From Camelus dromedarius (lineage: Eukaryota), in assembly GCF_036321535.1 (NCBI RefSeq), contig NC_087436.1, forward strand, positions 72,480,001 to 72,544,000: a DNA stretch of 64,000 bases, in the 5' to 3' direction. Shown here piece by piece: positions 24,940 through 38,544 of this stretch (positions are counted from its first letter, which is position 1; every line of letters begins with the position of its first letter). The notes beneath the pieces are model-generated. The model saw only the letters and a program-made list of their open reading frames with translations, did no database searches and was not told the origin of the DNA. The position numbers and the translations under genes were made by a program.

Positions 24940-26010
24940 AAAACTCAGGTTATTTTATAAAGTATTAGTAATTAAAATTATGGCATAGGCACAAGAAAAG
25001 ACAAATACATCATTGGAAGGAAATTTTAAAACTCATAAATATATATGGAATCAGGTGGTGTCATTAAACAGTAGGAGAAAATACAATTCAATTAAGAGTG
25101 TTAAAACATTTGATTTCCCATTTAGGAAAAAAACCCAATTGGACTCCCATCTCACACCGTATGTAGAAATTAATTCTAGATGGAATAAAGAAAATAAAGT
25201 AAAAAGACCAAAAATAAAACTCTACTGGAGAATTGAAAAAGAGAATGTTTTCATAAATTTAGAGCAGGTAAAGCTGTCTTAGGAAAGACGCACACAAACA
25301 CACAGATACACACATAAGTGAAAATCAACAAGCAACTTGCCGTAATTCAACACATCAATTTTAAAAAATCTATAGAACATGTCTGTTAAAAAATTAAAAT
25401 ACAAGCATTATATTGTGACAAAATGTTTGCATTATAAATGACAAAGAATTGATATCCAGTATATTATAGCTAAATTTTTATAAAAATCATGATGAAAAAT
25501 ACACAAATCTAATGTTAAAAAGGATAATTTATAGATGAGGATGTTAAATGCCAATAAACATGAAAAGTTGCTCAATGTCACTAATAATCAGGCAAATGCA
25601 ACACCCCCCACAAAGAGATAATTTTTATACACATCAGATTGGCAAAGAATAAAAAGTCTGATAATAACAAATGTTGGCAAGGATACAGGGAAGCATATAC
25701 TTGTACACAGTGCTGAGGAAAGTGTACTTCATTATAGTCACTCCAGGAGGTTATTTGAAAATGTTATTAAGTCTGAAAATGTGCATATCATGTTACCCAG
25801 AGATCCCATTTTTTTCTAGATGCCTAAAGAGAAATCTGGCCTAGATAGAGAGAAATACTTATTGCAGTTTGTTTTTAATAGTGGACAACTGAAAACAGCT
25901 AAAGTTTTGCCAACAGAGGACTAGGTAAGTAAAATGGTGTGCATATACACAATGGATAGCAGTTTAAAGGAATAATTTAGGTTTATAGGTATTGACTGGT
26001 ATAAACTTTC
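24940..26010 (+). mobile_element. Ancient L1 ORF2 3' region
   Basis: ctcacaccgtatgtagaaattaattctagatgga; aaacatgaaaagttgctcaatgtcactaataatcagg; acaaatgttggcaaggat. Confidence 0.7.
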
Positions 26011-26054
26011 TCTGTAAAACTGTATTCATTTCATTTATAATAACATAATCATGA

Positions 26055-27650
26055 GATTTGCTGCTTCTGACCAAGATACAGTAACAGGGGCTAGATTTAT
26101 CCTCTTGTTTTAAACAACTGAAAAAAAATCAGATAAGATATATTGAAAAAACAATTTACATTCAGGAGACATCCAGCAACTTAGGAAAGTGATCCCTGAG
26201 ACATACACAGGAAACAAATAAGGTGAGCCCTTTGATAGCCCAGGCTGACGGGCTTGAGAAGGTTTCATGCTGTGCCCTGGGATGGAGGTGACCTAGGTGA
26301 AGCATGGTGGACTCTCTAAGCTGAGGAGAATGAGCTGAGAGTTTGGGAAGACCATAGTGGAAAGAGTTCACAGGACACAGTACCAAAGAGGAGAGGTTGC
26401 ACAGAGAGAAAACTCAACCTAACGGGTGCAGAGGGTCACCCTTGAGTACTCTGGGTGCATGCATGTAAGGAGACTATCCAGGCAGATAAAGAACCACCTG
26501 AAGGGATTAGAGATAACAGTGCCTAGTACTCACACAGGGCCAGAAATAGTGCCTGTTTTACTACACAGACTGGAAAAACTGAAGATTCACAGGCAATGTG
26601 TAGAATACACAGAGATCTAGCTAGTTAATGTACCTCTAGCCAGACTGATTAGGAAAAAAAAAAAAATAGAAAACACAAATTACTAATATTAGGAATGAGA
26701 GAGTTAGTATAATTACAGATTCTACAGATATTAAGAGAGTAATAAAGGACTATGATAAAAAAAATTATAACAATAAATTTAACAACTTAGATTAAGTGAA
26801 TCAATTTTTTGAAAGACACAAAGTACCAAAGCTCACTCAAGAAGAAATCTAGAACCTAAAATAGCCCTATATCTATCAAAGGAATTACATTTATAGTTAA
26901 AGTTCTTCCCACAAAGAAAACTCTATGTCTAAATGGCTTCACTATGGTAAATTTTACCTAATATTTAAGGAAGAAATATTACCAGTTCTATACCAACTCT
27001 TCCAAAAAACTGAAAAAGAAAGAGTACTTCAAATTGGCCAGCATTACTCTGATACTAAAAGCAGACAAAGACATCAGAAGAAGAGAGAACTATAGACCAA
27101 AATCTTGCATGAATATAGATGCAAATATTCTGAACAAAATGCATCCAGATTTAATCTGACATATTAAAAGGATAATGCACCATGACCAAATGGAGTTTAC
27201 TGTAGGAATGCAATTCACCATTTTTACAAACTAAAACCAAATCAACAAAAACTTTAAAAAGTATCCAAATAGTCTCAGAAATCACTTTGACAAAATTCAT
27301 CTTTGATTTCTCAAAAATCTCTCAGCAGACTGAGAAGGGGACTTCCTCAACCTGATAAACAGCATCTATGAAAACCTCACAGCTAACGTCATATTTTGTT
27401 AAAAGAATGAATGCTTCCCCACTAAGATCAGGCACCAGATCCCTCTCGCCACTTCTATCTCCCATTGTACTGGTGTGTCTATTTAGTGCAGTCAGGTAAG
27501 GAAAGTAGTGAAACACATCGAGATTTGGAAGGAAGAAGTAAAACTATTTTTTATTTCAGAAAACATGACTGAAAATCCAGTGGAATATACAAAATAACTA
27601 CCAGAATTTGTAAATTAGTTTAGCAAGTTTGCAAAATATATGGTCAATGT
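26055..27650 (+). mobile_element. Old L1 (L1MC/MD-like 5' end joined to the ORF2 RT region)
   Basis: 5'-end motif gcttctgaccaagatacagtaacagg, then ORF2 sequence accaaagctcactcaagaagaaat, ggccagcattactctgatactaaaagcagac. Confidence 0.7.
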
Positions 27651-27939
27651 AATAATATGGCCATCGATACCTAGGTACTCACCCCTCATAATACATTTCA
27701 TGGTGTAGTATATACTTACATAAATACACATAAATAAGACAAATTTTTACAGAAAATTTATGTCATGCTACATTAAGCTATGCTATTCCTTTAAAAAAAA
27801 AGTGCTGATTGCCACTGGATTGTTTCAAACCCACACAGCTTGAAAATACCAGATTATAACATAACAGAGGCATGGACAATGACTTTCTCTTCTTCCAAAT
27901 GTTTTGTCCAGGATAATATGTGAATAACTGGCATATCCT

Positions 27940-28140
27940 CAGTATCTATTGGATATTTTCTATGTGGCAGGCAATGTGCTAAGCACTTTATATACATCAT
28001 TTCTCTAGTCATACTTATGAAGTGCTGAGTATTATTATTCTTAATATATAGGTAAGAAAGCTAAGGCTGCAGTAATTCTCTTAGGTTACCCAGGCACTAA
28101 ATTACAAAGCCTGAGTTTGAATCTGAATCTTAGATACTGG
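27940..28140 (-). mobile_element. MIR
   Basis: tatgtggcaggcaatgtgctaagcactttatatacatcat..taggtaagaaagctaaggct. Confidence 0.65.
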
Positions 28141-28906
28141 CCAGGAACAGAGGAAGCTAGACAAGCAATTAAAATTTGCCATGGCTAGTATTCTTGTTAT
28201 GGAGTACTTTAAATTGTCCTTCCAAAGTACTTAAACACATTGAAGTTGGTCATTTATGCTTGAGATTCTGGTATTTGTAGTTCTGATTTAATTCTAAAAA
28301 CACTTCTTTTTGGTGACCAGTTATCCAGACCATTGTATCCTTAAATATCTGTTAAACATACTCCTCAAATTTTATTGAATTTTTCATTAATATCTTTGAA
28401 GAAGTAGAAACTCAAACCTCATCCATTTGGACTCTTTGTCCATCTTTCCTGAGGTTGCATGTAAGTACCACGAATGATAGGACATTCAGTTCTATTATGT
28501 TTCTAAGCTGGCATCCAACAAGAAGTCCTTTATCTCATCTGGTCCCTGGCCAACTATCTACACACGCACTGGCCTGTTTGCTTCCAGTGGTTTTATCACT
28601 CTGCTACAGGAAACTCTGAGAAAGTGTCTAAGATGTCTTCCTAGGCCTCTTGCGTCCATTTAATTATTTGAGGTCATGACACCTTCTCAACTTCTACACA
28701 GGCTATGAGAAAAGGGTCCTTTGTTTTTGGATATCCCAAACCAATACTGAGGCTTTTGCCAGCTCTCCAAGACACATCTCTAGGCAATTTGACCAGCAAC
28801 CTCTCCTTGGGAACGTCTTAAGTCTAAGCTCTCATCACTTCTTCCAGCTCTCCTGACTCTTTATACTTAGCCCTTCCATTTTCTAGTTTGAGTCTCTCTA
28901 TCCTTC

Positions 28907-29671
28907 TGTAGACCAGCAAAATTTGCCACCCCAAAGTGTGTTTCTTTGGCAGAGGATTAATTTAGGTCGATTATTACTATTATTATTTTTGTATTGTACT
29001 ATAGTCAGTTTACAATGTTGTGTCAATTTCTGGTGTACAGCGTAATGTTTCAGTCATACACATACATACACATATTCGTTTTCATATTCTTTTTCATGTT
29101 AGGTTACTGCAAGATATTGAATATAGTTTCCTGTGGTATATGGAAGAAACTTGTTTATCTTAGGTTGATTATTTTTAAGAAACAGAAGATTCAGGGAGTT
29201 TTTCTTACAACCTCCCCTTAACTGCCTAAGAGAATTTAGATAAAGGGCCTGTTCCCAGAATAGAGCTATCATCAGAGCTATATGCAAGAAATAAGGCTTA
29301 GGTGTTGTGGGGGAAACCCAGCAGGACCTAGAATTCAGATTCCACTCTGTGTCCCACTGTCTTTGCATGGCCAAGCAAACATTTGTTTACCAAACGTTTG
29401 TTTTTCCATTTCAATGTAAACTGCCTTCCTTTGCTCTGAAATCTCAAACCATCATTCCTAACATCGTCTTTTGTCTTCAGCTGAAGATGGTATTTAAGGT
29501 GAGCGGTTTTGCCGTTTTGGTGAGTTACTCAGTTTTCCTGGGTTTCTCGCATGTATACAAGTTATTAAACTTTTGTTTGATTTTCTCCTGCTAATTTGTC
29601 TCATGTAAATTTAATACTTAGACCAGTCAGAAGAACTCAGAAGGGTAGAGGAAAATTTCTTCTTCCCCACA
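28907..29671 (+). mobile_element. Solo ERV1 LTR (MER34/MER39-like)
   Basis: TG..CA ends; gccaccccaaa near the start and gaagggtagaggaaaatttcttcttccccaca at the end; interrupted by an L1 3' fragment. Confidence 0.75.
28976..29159 (-). mobile_element. Short L1 3'-end insertion inside the LTR
   Basis: Antisense L1 3' UTR; 14-bp TSD ttaggt(c/t)gattatt at 28962-28975 and 29160-29173. Confidence 0.85.
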
Positions 29672-29814
29672 ACTTCTAAAGTGCTAAGTCTTTTGAAATC
29701 CAGGAGCTGGGGAGCAAATTCTTTCTTCTCTTCTAATCTTTCTTATCTGTGTCACTTCTGTGAGTCAGTACACACAGATTGTCTTAGCTGATGCTTGAAT
29801 ACTTAAAGGAGGTG

Positions 29815-30162
29815 TGTAGTGCGAGCCCTGACAGTTGGCTTTTCTTTTTGTAATGCAAGTGCCTGACTTAAGCTTTGATTGTGGAGACATCCACTTCAAA
29901 GAAGCATCTACTTCAAAGATGGCTATCTCAAATAAACACATCACCAGCCCCTAGATAAAGACCCAGGCCATCCCTCCCCTCCAGACTCCTGTTTTAGAGA
30001 TCTTGGTTGATTTCATAAGTGATGATTTGGGCTGCTTGTCTTCTCTCTTCGTATGCTTTTAATTTCCACTCTTATGTTTTAAATTCACCCATAAAGAGTG
30101 AGCCTTTGAAACCATAGACCCCCACCCTCCACCCCAATAAAGAGCAGAACCCCAGGCCTGTG

Positions 30163-30221
<59 letters not shown>

Positions 30222-30400
30222 ACCTCACTGTGTGGCCTGAAGTGTGCCATGTAATTTCCAGCTCCTGTAAGTAATAAGCCGTTTATTCCCAAAGTTTCCT
30301 GATAGTTACTGCTGAGGACATTTTGCAATCATAATAAGAACCCCGAGGGCGGGTCCAGGCACAGCACTGGTTATTAATAGGCAGAGACTGTTAGGCAACA
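29815..30400 (+). mobile_element. Solo LTR containing a (CT)n tract
   Basis: tgtagt..ggcaaca ends with a perfect 5-bp TSD AGGTG (29810-29814 and 30401-30405); internal AATAAA; (CT)n at ~30162-30215. Confidence 0.8.
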
Positions 30401-31539
30401 AGGTGGGAGAAAGAAAAGTCTAAGACTAAGTACAAAGTTTCCTTTGTAATTAGGAAATAATGGAATTATGAAAAAATCATGTTTCCTAAATATCAGGCCT
30501 CATTTGTACACTTTATTTAGAATACCTGGCCTTCAGGAGATACATATGTAAAGCAAAAGGAATTGGACTCAACTCGTTTTCAAACTGGACTCTTGGAAAG
30601 CTAAGGAGCTATTGACTGTTCCCCTAACCCTACCTTCTCTTTTCAGTTAGTACATCTGTCCTTGCTTTGATCATTTTACATACTGAGCTTGGTAAATATT
30701 TTTCCTTTAAAGCAAGAGTGAACAAACGGTTGAATCCCATTCCACTTGATTTTAATGTTTTATATATAACATGGCGGTTGGTGGTGTAGACGCTTGCCTA
30801 TTGCCCCCACTGGCCTCCAACCTCCACCCTTGCCCAAAATGCACCAGTGTCTGTTGGAAGGGAACACAGTTTTATTAATGGGAGGAAGAAAAGAGAAGCA
30901 TGCATCTCACCCTCATAGGTCCACTGGACGTTGCAGAGGAAAGGTTCAAGGTAGAAGCTGATAGAACTACTCAAGAGTGAGCCTATGAACTTCTGAAAAC
31001 AAAAGGGTTCCATACTTCTAGATGGTCAAGTATGGCACAGAGCAGAGCCCTGCTGGCCCTCAGCCCTGTAAGGAACTTAGTACTGCTCTTGCACCCGAAG
31101 GATTAGAAGGTTTGGGAGCATCCAGGGATTGTCCTTGGTATGAACAATATTCTCATGTCAGGCATCACAGTCAAACAGGTATCAGATAAGAACCAAAGAA
31201 GCCACGGGAAAAGAGAAAAAAGAGGATATGTTCTGTGGTCATTGCCCCTGACTCACTGGTTTATAAACACTTCTTGAGGATTCCTAGGAGTAACAAGGGG
31301 ACAATTTGGGGAAGATACTGAAGTATCCAGACTTCTAATGTAGGTTCTATTTAGCTAGGATGCATTTAGCCATATAACTGTCCCCAAAGCAAATAATGCT
31401 AAAGTTTTTCTAATCTAGAAAGAAACATATACATTCATACAAATTCCATCAAAATTACTCTTGTTACTCATGTAGCAGGACAACTTCCAGCTGAAGGAGT
31501 GATCCACCTGAATAAGCATTTCCATGGTGTTACTTTTTT

Positions 31540-31760
31540 ATCTGAACAAGAGTTCTGGTTTGTTCCCAGCCTCACCTCTGACTCATCATTGTGAAACTAA
31601 GAAATCATTTAGCCTCTCAGCACCTCAAAATCTCCCTTCTGTGAATGAGGATAATAGGTAAACCTTCTCTTGCTTCACTGAGTTGTTGTGAAGTTTAATT
31701 AGATAATGTTTGCACAGCCCTTTGAACTCTACTAATTAAATTGATGTGTAAATATGGTGC
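31540..31760 (+). mobile_element. MIR
   Basis: gaaatcatttagcctctcagcacctcaaaatctcccttctgtgaatgaggata. Confidence 0.6.
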
Positions 31761-32473
31761 TTCCTTTTATCAGGATGCCTTGACTGAGCCATTTCATAAA
31801 GACTTAAAGATGACTATGATAGAAGGATTCATAGGGAAAGGATTACTTTAAAAAAAATCATGTGAACTGAATTCTGAGATTGTCGAATAAGCATATGAAA
31901 ATACTTAGCTGGGGTTCTAACTGATGAGAATAAGGATACAGTCTCCACTTGCTCAAGGGGTAATGGTTATACCTCATATAAGAGTAAACTTAGCTCCTAG
32001 GGTACAGAATCATGTCCTGTGTGTACTTCATGTATTGGTGGTGTTTTTAAAATGTTATATTTATTTGGTATATTCTGTTAAGACAGCATTGGTGATTTAT
32101 TTCATATTTGTCATACAAGGAATCAAAAAATAACAGATTTGCAATCACCTAATAAGAAAGTCGTAACCTTTGAAGTAGTGTGATTCTGTGTAGGTCATCC
32201 ATTGGTTAGTCTAACTGTCAAAGAAATTTCACCCACAACAGAGAAATCTTAGATGAATCAAAAATCTTATTAAATTTTCTGATAAGAATAGTTCATCCTA
32301 AAATAATTATCCCAATTATTTTGGAAAATCTATAATAATAAAGACCATTTTCTTCTGCCAGGAGTAAATTCATAGATGGATTAATTGGCTTGGGGAGAAA
32401 ACACAAGCCTACCTCCATAAACCTGTCTTGGGCTTTAGTATATTATTGTATTTGTCAGCTAGAAATTTTTTAA

Positions 32474-34028
32474 CTTAATTTATTTTTAAAGGTTATACTC
32501 CATTTATTGTTATTATAAAATATTGGCTATATTCCATATATTGTACCATATATGACATAGTTTATTGTATACATAATAGTTTATACCTCTTTAATCCCCT
32601 ATTCTCTTATTGCCCCTTCCCACTTCCTCTCCCCAGTGGTAACCATTAGTTTGTTCTCTACATCTGTGAGTCTGCTTCTTTACTGTTATATTCACTAGTT
32701 TGTTGTATTTTTTAGATTCCATACATAAGTGATACTGTACAGGATTTGTCTTTCTCTCCTGACATATATCACTTAGCATAATACCTTCCAAGTCCATCCA
32801 TGTTGCTGCAAATGGCAAAATTTCATTCTTTTTGTATGGCTAAGAACTATTCCATTATATAAATAAATAAATAAATAAATAAATAAAATGGAATATACCA
32901 TATCTTCTTTATTAGTTCATCTATTGATGGACGCTTAGGTTGCTTCCATATCTGGGCAATTGTAAATAATTCTGTCATGAACATTGAGGTGCATCTTTTT
33001 GAATTAGCATTAATGTTTCAAGTTAGTGTTTTGTTTGTTTGTTTTCAGATATATACCCAGGAGTTAAATTGCTGGGTCATGTGGTAGTTATATTTTCAGT
33101 TTTTTGGGAAACCTCCATACTGTTTTCTGCAGTGGCTGCATCAATTTACATTCCCAACCGTGTTCAGGGGTTCCCTTTTCTCCACATCCTCGCCAGCATT
33201 TGTTATTTGTGTTCTTTTTGATAACAGCCATTCTGACAAGTGTGATGTGATATCTCATTGCGGTTTTGATTTCCATTTCCCTGATGATTATTGATGTTGA
33301 GCATCTTCTCATTTGCCTGTTGGCCATCTGCATTTCCCCTTGGGAAAAAGATTATCTATTCAGGTCTTCTGCCTATGTCTTAATTGAGTTGTTTGTTGTT
33401 TGTTTGTTTTTTGATGTTTAGTTGTATAAGCTGTTTATATATTTTGGATATTAACCCCTTATTGGTCATAGCATTTGCAAATATTTTCTCCCATTCAATA
33501 GGTTTTTGTTTTGTTGATGGTTTCCTTTATTGTACAGAAGCTTTTAAATTTAATTATGTATCATTTGTTTATTTTTGCTTTTATTTCCTTGGCTTTAGGA
33601 GACAGATCCAAAAAAAATATTGCTATGATTTATGTTAAAGAGTGTTCTGCCTGTGTTTTCCTCTAGGAGTTATATGGTCCTTGGTCTTACATTTAAGTCT
33701 TTAATTCATTTTGAGTTTATTTTTGCATATAGTGTTAGAGAATGTGCTAATCTCATTCTGTTATATGTAGCTGTCCAGTTTTCACAGAAACACTTACTGA
33801 AGAGATTGTCTTTTGTCCATTGTATATTCTTGCCTCCTTTGTCATATTAAGTGAGCAAAGGTGCATGAGTTTATTTCTGGGCTCTCCATTCTGTTCATTG
33901 GTCTATGTGGCTGTTTTTTGTGCCATGCTGTTTTGATTACTGTAACTTTGTGATAGTCTGAAGTCAGGGAGGGTGATTCCTCCAGCTCTGTTCTTCTTTC
34001 TCAATATTGTTTTGGCTATTTGGGACAA
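32474..34028 (-). mobile_element. 5'-truncated L1 (ORF2 C-terminus plus 3' UTR)
   Basis: Minus-strand peptides MPFAATWMDLEGIMLS and [19 protein letters not shown]; degenerate TSD agct(ag/gg)(a/g)aattttt at ~32457 and ~34029. Confidence 0.9.
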
Positions 34029-34374
34029 AGCTGGGAATTTTTAATGATGATGATATTATAAGTAACAATTAAATTTCATATGTTACTGAGTATCCTAGGA
34101 TATAGAGTTGGTATGTTTTATCAGGAATTTAGACAGCTGATATGAGAGTTTTGAAATTGATAAATGTTAAGGTGAGAGTTTGCAACAGCAAATGTTTCTG
34201 TAAAATCTTAACAGCATTTTATTGTACTTGTAATGTTTCTTATTACCTATGTAGCTGAGGAATATATCTGCTGATGGACCAGCCTAACATAAACATACTC
34301 TGAACTGTTAGAACCTTGAAATTCAGTTTCTGAATCGTATTTTCTGAAATATGTGTTCTGCCCCAAGTCCTCCT

Positions 34375-36753
34375 CTGAATGATAAGAGCAGAATTACATG
34401 GAAATTTCAGATTCTTTAGGTCCTGGTTGAGGATTTGTAAAAAGTATGAGGGTGCCTTAGTAAACTCCTGGGTATAACAGCACAGGTATGTATAGTGTTG
34501 ACATTTCCAAAATAAGGCAAACAAGTATTGATTATTGATCTAAAAGGACACTAAAGAAAACAAAATACACATCTAAAAGTAAAATATATAGTCTCAGGAG
34601 GTCCTATAAGATAGAATTTGAGTTTGCTACTATAGGGAACCAGGGAATGAATATTCTATTTATGCGTCTAAAGTTCTGAATGAATCTATATCCTCATCCA
34701 TTGGTATTGTTAACTAGAAGGATGAAAGTGTTAACAATCAGCCCTTTTTTTTTTTTTTTTGGTTTTAGTCTTTCCTTAGCTTGTGCTTTAAGAGAGTATT
34801 ATGTACATTTAGACAGAAGTTCAGTCCCATTAATGATGCCAATATCATAGATGTGTAACCCACAAAAAACTCAAGCACTTCTTTGAGATTTTCAATTGGG
34901 GCTTGATAATAGAAAGTAAGTAAGCATAAGTCAGTATTCAAATTAGCTGTGACCTTATTATGACTAGGGAGTTCTCAGGGATTTTTAACAAAGAGTCCAT
35001 CAAGAAATAATTAAATCTGCTGGTAATTCCATTTTCAGTGTACATCTCTCCCTATCAAGTTAGCAAGTGTGGGGTCACTGAGGAGGCAAGACTGTACCTC
35101 TGCTCCGGGCCAGGACATGAGGAGTACCTAAGGATTCTTAGAGACCCACCTCTTGAGTAGTCTGTTTACTCCAAGGAAGATACTGAATAAAAAAGTTTAA
35201 GGCTAATAAAGTTGTGCCCAGATCAAGCAAAAGGTTGTCCTTTAGCATTGTTAGAAATTTCTCCTTGTGAATTTAAGGATAAAATGAGAGATTGGGTATT
35301 TGATTCCTTTTGCTTCTCGTCTTACTCAATGAACAAAGTGCTTTATTCGCTTCCTCTTTTTTTTCTCTTTTGTGCCAATGTTCTTTCTGTTTCTCTCTTT
35401 GTGTCTTCCTCTTTAATGACTGTGAGTGTCTAATTGTTTTATCCATAAGGCCATAGCTTTACTCTGAGTCTTACTCTGTTTTGTTCTTACGTTCTTTCAA
35501 AAATGCTCAGCCAAGTGCTGGAAGTCTGGCAATGGGGCTATTATCCATTCTAGTTTTTCTTGTGTATTAAATTTCAGGCTAAGGTTATTCATGGAAGTTA
35601 GAGAGCTCACTACATCTTTATCAGGAGTTACTTCTGAACACTGTCTAAAAGTATTACAGAGCCTATCTCTGAACTCCCTGGAGGATGGCTTCTGTCTTTG
35701 CTTATGGGACTGAATCAGGGTTCAATCTATGTTTATAGGAATGATTTGGGGGGATACTTTCCAATATATGCAGTTTTTCTAAAACCCTCTGATTTCTTAA
35801 GCAATCTGGGGTCTTTGAATGCTGTCTTTCCATCCAGTTCTTTTGCATCTGAACATATGTACTATTTGATGTATATTTGGGGGTGCTGGATTATACACTC
35901 CTAAAACTATTCCTAATTCCTCTGCAATTTTTTTTCTTTCTAGGCTTTAAAACAACTTTAATATTTGGCTTTTGGCTCAATATGAGACTAGATCTTAAAA
36001 CCAATGCAGTTTTTCCTATATCGGGTAGGGGGATTTAATTTTATGAAGCAATTGCACTTTGGGGATTTCTAGTCAACCAGAAGGTAAAAGGAACAAGTCA
36101 GAGGAAATGCAGAAACATAGGTTGGGGGAAGGTAAATAATAGGATAAAGGCTGTTAGATTTGTACTGAGATTTAGAGGAACCTAAAAGAGAGACCATTAT
36201 TAGTTTTTCACCTTTTGTTTGCTTGGCCAAGACATCTTTTAAGGGAACAATTTTGGAATCTAAATGCCTTTGGATACTTCCTCAAAAACATTAAAGTATG
36301 CAGACCACTGGATGCTTGGAATTGTATTCATTATGTTCTAAGGCACCTTTCAAAAGAACACTTTTGTTCACATCACAAGTTCCTCAGAATAGCTATTATA
36401 ATTCTAAATTATTCTTGGTGAAACGATGCCATTTAGAAAGGTAAGTATAAGAATTTGGGATATGGTACAAATCCATGTAAGAAGCAAGAGTCTACATTGG
36501 AGGTGGAATGATCAGGTTTAGACTGAGGTAGGTCCAGAAGAGTCCAGGACTGAAACACCTTAGCTCTCTTCTACAGGATTTGAATCCACCAGTAGGTTAG
36601 CGTGAACTTGTACTTGTGGCTGTGACACGAGTTCCAAGAGAGATAGGAAGCACACAAAACCTCTGTAAGGACCAGTCTCATCCTTGCCATAAAACAGAGC
36701 AGAGAAAGGTGGAAATGGGGGAGGACAAAGATAAAATAACCATCACAGTGCCA
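34375..36753 (-). mobile_element. Decayed ERV1-class internal region: PBS-like site, gag, pro and the N-terminal half of RT
   Basis: Manual minus-strand translation gives RT motifs GYRFIQNFRRINRIFIPWFPIVAN and NNQYLFALFWK..QEFTKAPSYFLQILNQDLKNLKFPCNSALI; protease-region PWSKQTTQEVG; MA-like KWHRFTKNNLEL..QWSAYFN; TGGCACTGTGA at 36753. Confidence 0.75.
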
Positions 36754-38036
36754 ATGTGTTCTTCAGAGTTGTTTATAAAATTTGAAAATGGCACTGAAAA
36801 AATATTTTTCATGGAAGACCTCAATAGACCTGCTTACAGATGCATTCGTAGTTTCAGACAGAATATGTTATTTAACCAGTATCACAACTACCACAACTAC
36901 CAACAAGAGCTTTTATCCAACCCATGTTTTTCCATCATATTAATAAGGGTTCAGTGAAAGTTTTTGTCAAATTTAATGCTGCAATTAAGAAATCATCATA
37001 GTTTTCTGAGCATAAATGATCATCACTGCATTATTTAAAGCAGCAAAATATTGCAATGAGTGCAGGAATGAATGACTTATTGTGATAATTCATATAATTC
37101 TTTCATGTGGTTTTTAAATTTCAAATTTTTGATGAAATGGGAAAATGCTCACATTTTAATTTTAAAGCAAAGTGGTAAGATACATAGGCACAATACAAAC
37201 AAAATAAACAGGCATCGTACTTTATATCTAATACAGAAATATTTCAAAATCCTAGAAATAAAAACAATAAAATGCATTTACCATCTTTGGATGGCAAGAT
37301 TATAGTGACTTTTATTGTAATTTTAAACTTGTAGATGTTTTTCAGATTTTCTACAATGGACATACATAACATCATCATCAGAAAAAAACAAACATGCATT
37401 TAAGGTTTTTCCATTTTGTAATTTTCCTGGAATTAAAATCAAGCTCACATTTCCCTCTATTTTGAACATTGTACACTTGACCATTGCCAGTTTGATATTC
37501 TCTGAGAAATTGTAATGAACAATTACATTTGGAAGGGAGAGTTGGATCTTTCTCAAAAGCACAGGAGCTGGATTTTAACAACTATTTCATCAACATTTTC
37601 ATCTTAAAAATATTTCCTGTGGCCATAATTATGTTTTTTTTCCTATTGGATGCCAAGAAGAAACAGGATTTTATAACTATCTTTAGAGCAATACTCAATA
37701 TCTATGGGAGAACTGATAGAAAGAAAGAAGTTCTATGGGATAGTATTGGAAGCAAGTGAAAAAAATATATCTTAATCACTGATGCTTCATTGGTATCATT
37801 ATATGAGTGAGGAACCTATCAGATAGCAGCATCTGTCTTGGCACTGACTGCCACTTTCAGTTCTTACTCGCATATATCACAGGGTGACATTTAAGCCACC
37901 TGGAATGCTTAGTGGATATTCAGATGCTAAAGGAAAGCCTCTGACAACACAACAATAGGTAACCCTTTTCTGGCAAGGGATGTAGAATGTGAAAGTGTGT
38001 AAATCACCTGCCAGACACAATGTCAACCAGAGGCAT

Positions 38037-38544
38037 TCTGGTAGAGAAAAGATGGTCACAAATCCTTCGATTCTCCTCCCATTGAGAAGTGGCGTCTCTA
38101 TTCCCTCTTTTAAATCTAAGTGGATTCTGTTACTGCTTGACCAATAGAATATGACAGAAGTGACACTGTGCAACGGGCACCTTCTATTTCTTATCGCTCA
38201 GAACACCCACTCTTGGAGGCCAGCTGCCGGGCTGTGAGAAGCCCGAGCCACGTGGAGAGGCCACACCTGTGTGCTCCTGTTGACAACCCCAGTTGAGCTC
38301 AGCCACCATGAGCATCAGTTGCAGCCAAGTGAGTGCGCCATCTTAGACAAGCAGCCGAGCCACATCTTTAGATGACTCCAGCCTCAGCCACTATCTGACT
38401 CTAATTATATGAAAGACCCCAAGGACGATTCATCCAGCTGAGCTCAGCTAATTCACAGAATCATGAAACATAATAGTAAATTATTGTTTTAAGAAATTAA
38501 ATTTGGGAACAGTTTGTTAATTTTTAACAAAAACAAATGGAACA
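38037..38544 (+). mobile_element. MaLR LTR (MLT1G/H-like)
   Basis: gatggtcacaaatcctt..gaccaatagaatatgacagaagtgacactgtg..ccacgtggagaggccac..ttgttttaag..ggaaca. Confidence 0.8.

Noticed and set aside
34243..34539. Apparent antisense coding exon of a nested gene (open frame with AG and GT-like ends)
   Set aside because: The peptide is explained by retroviral RT motifs that continue upstream past the supposed acceptor; it is ERV debris.
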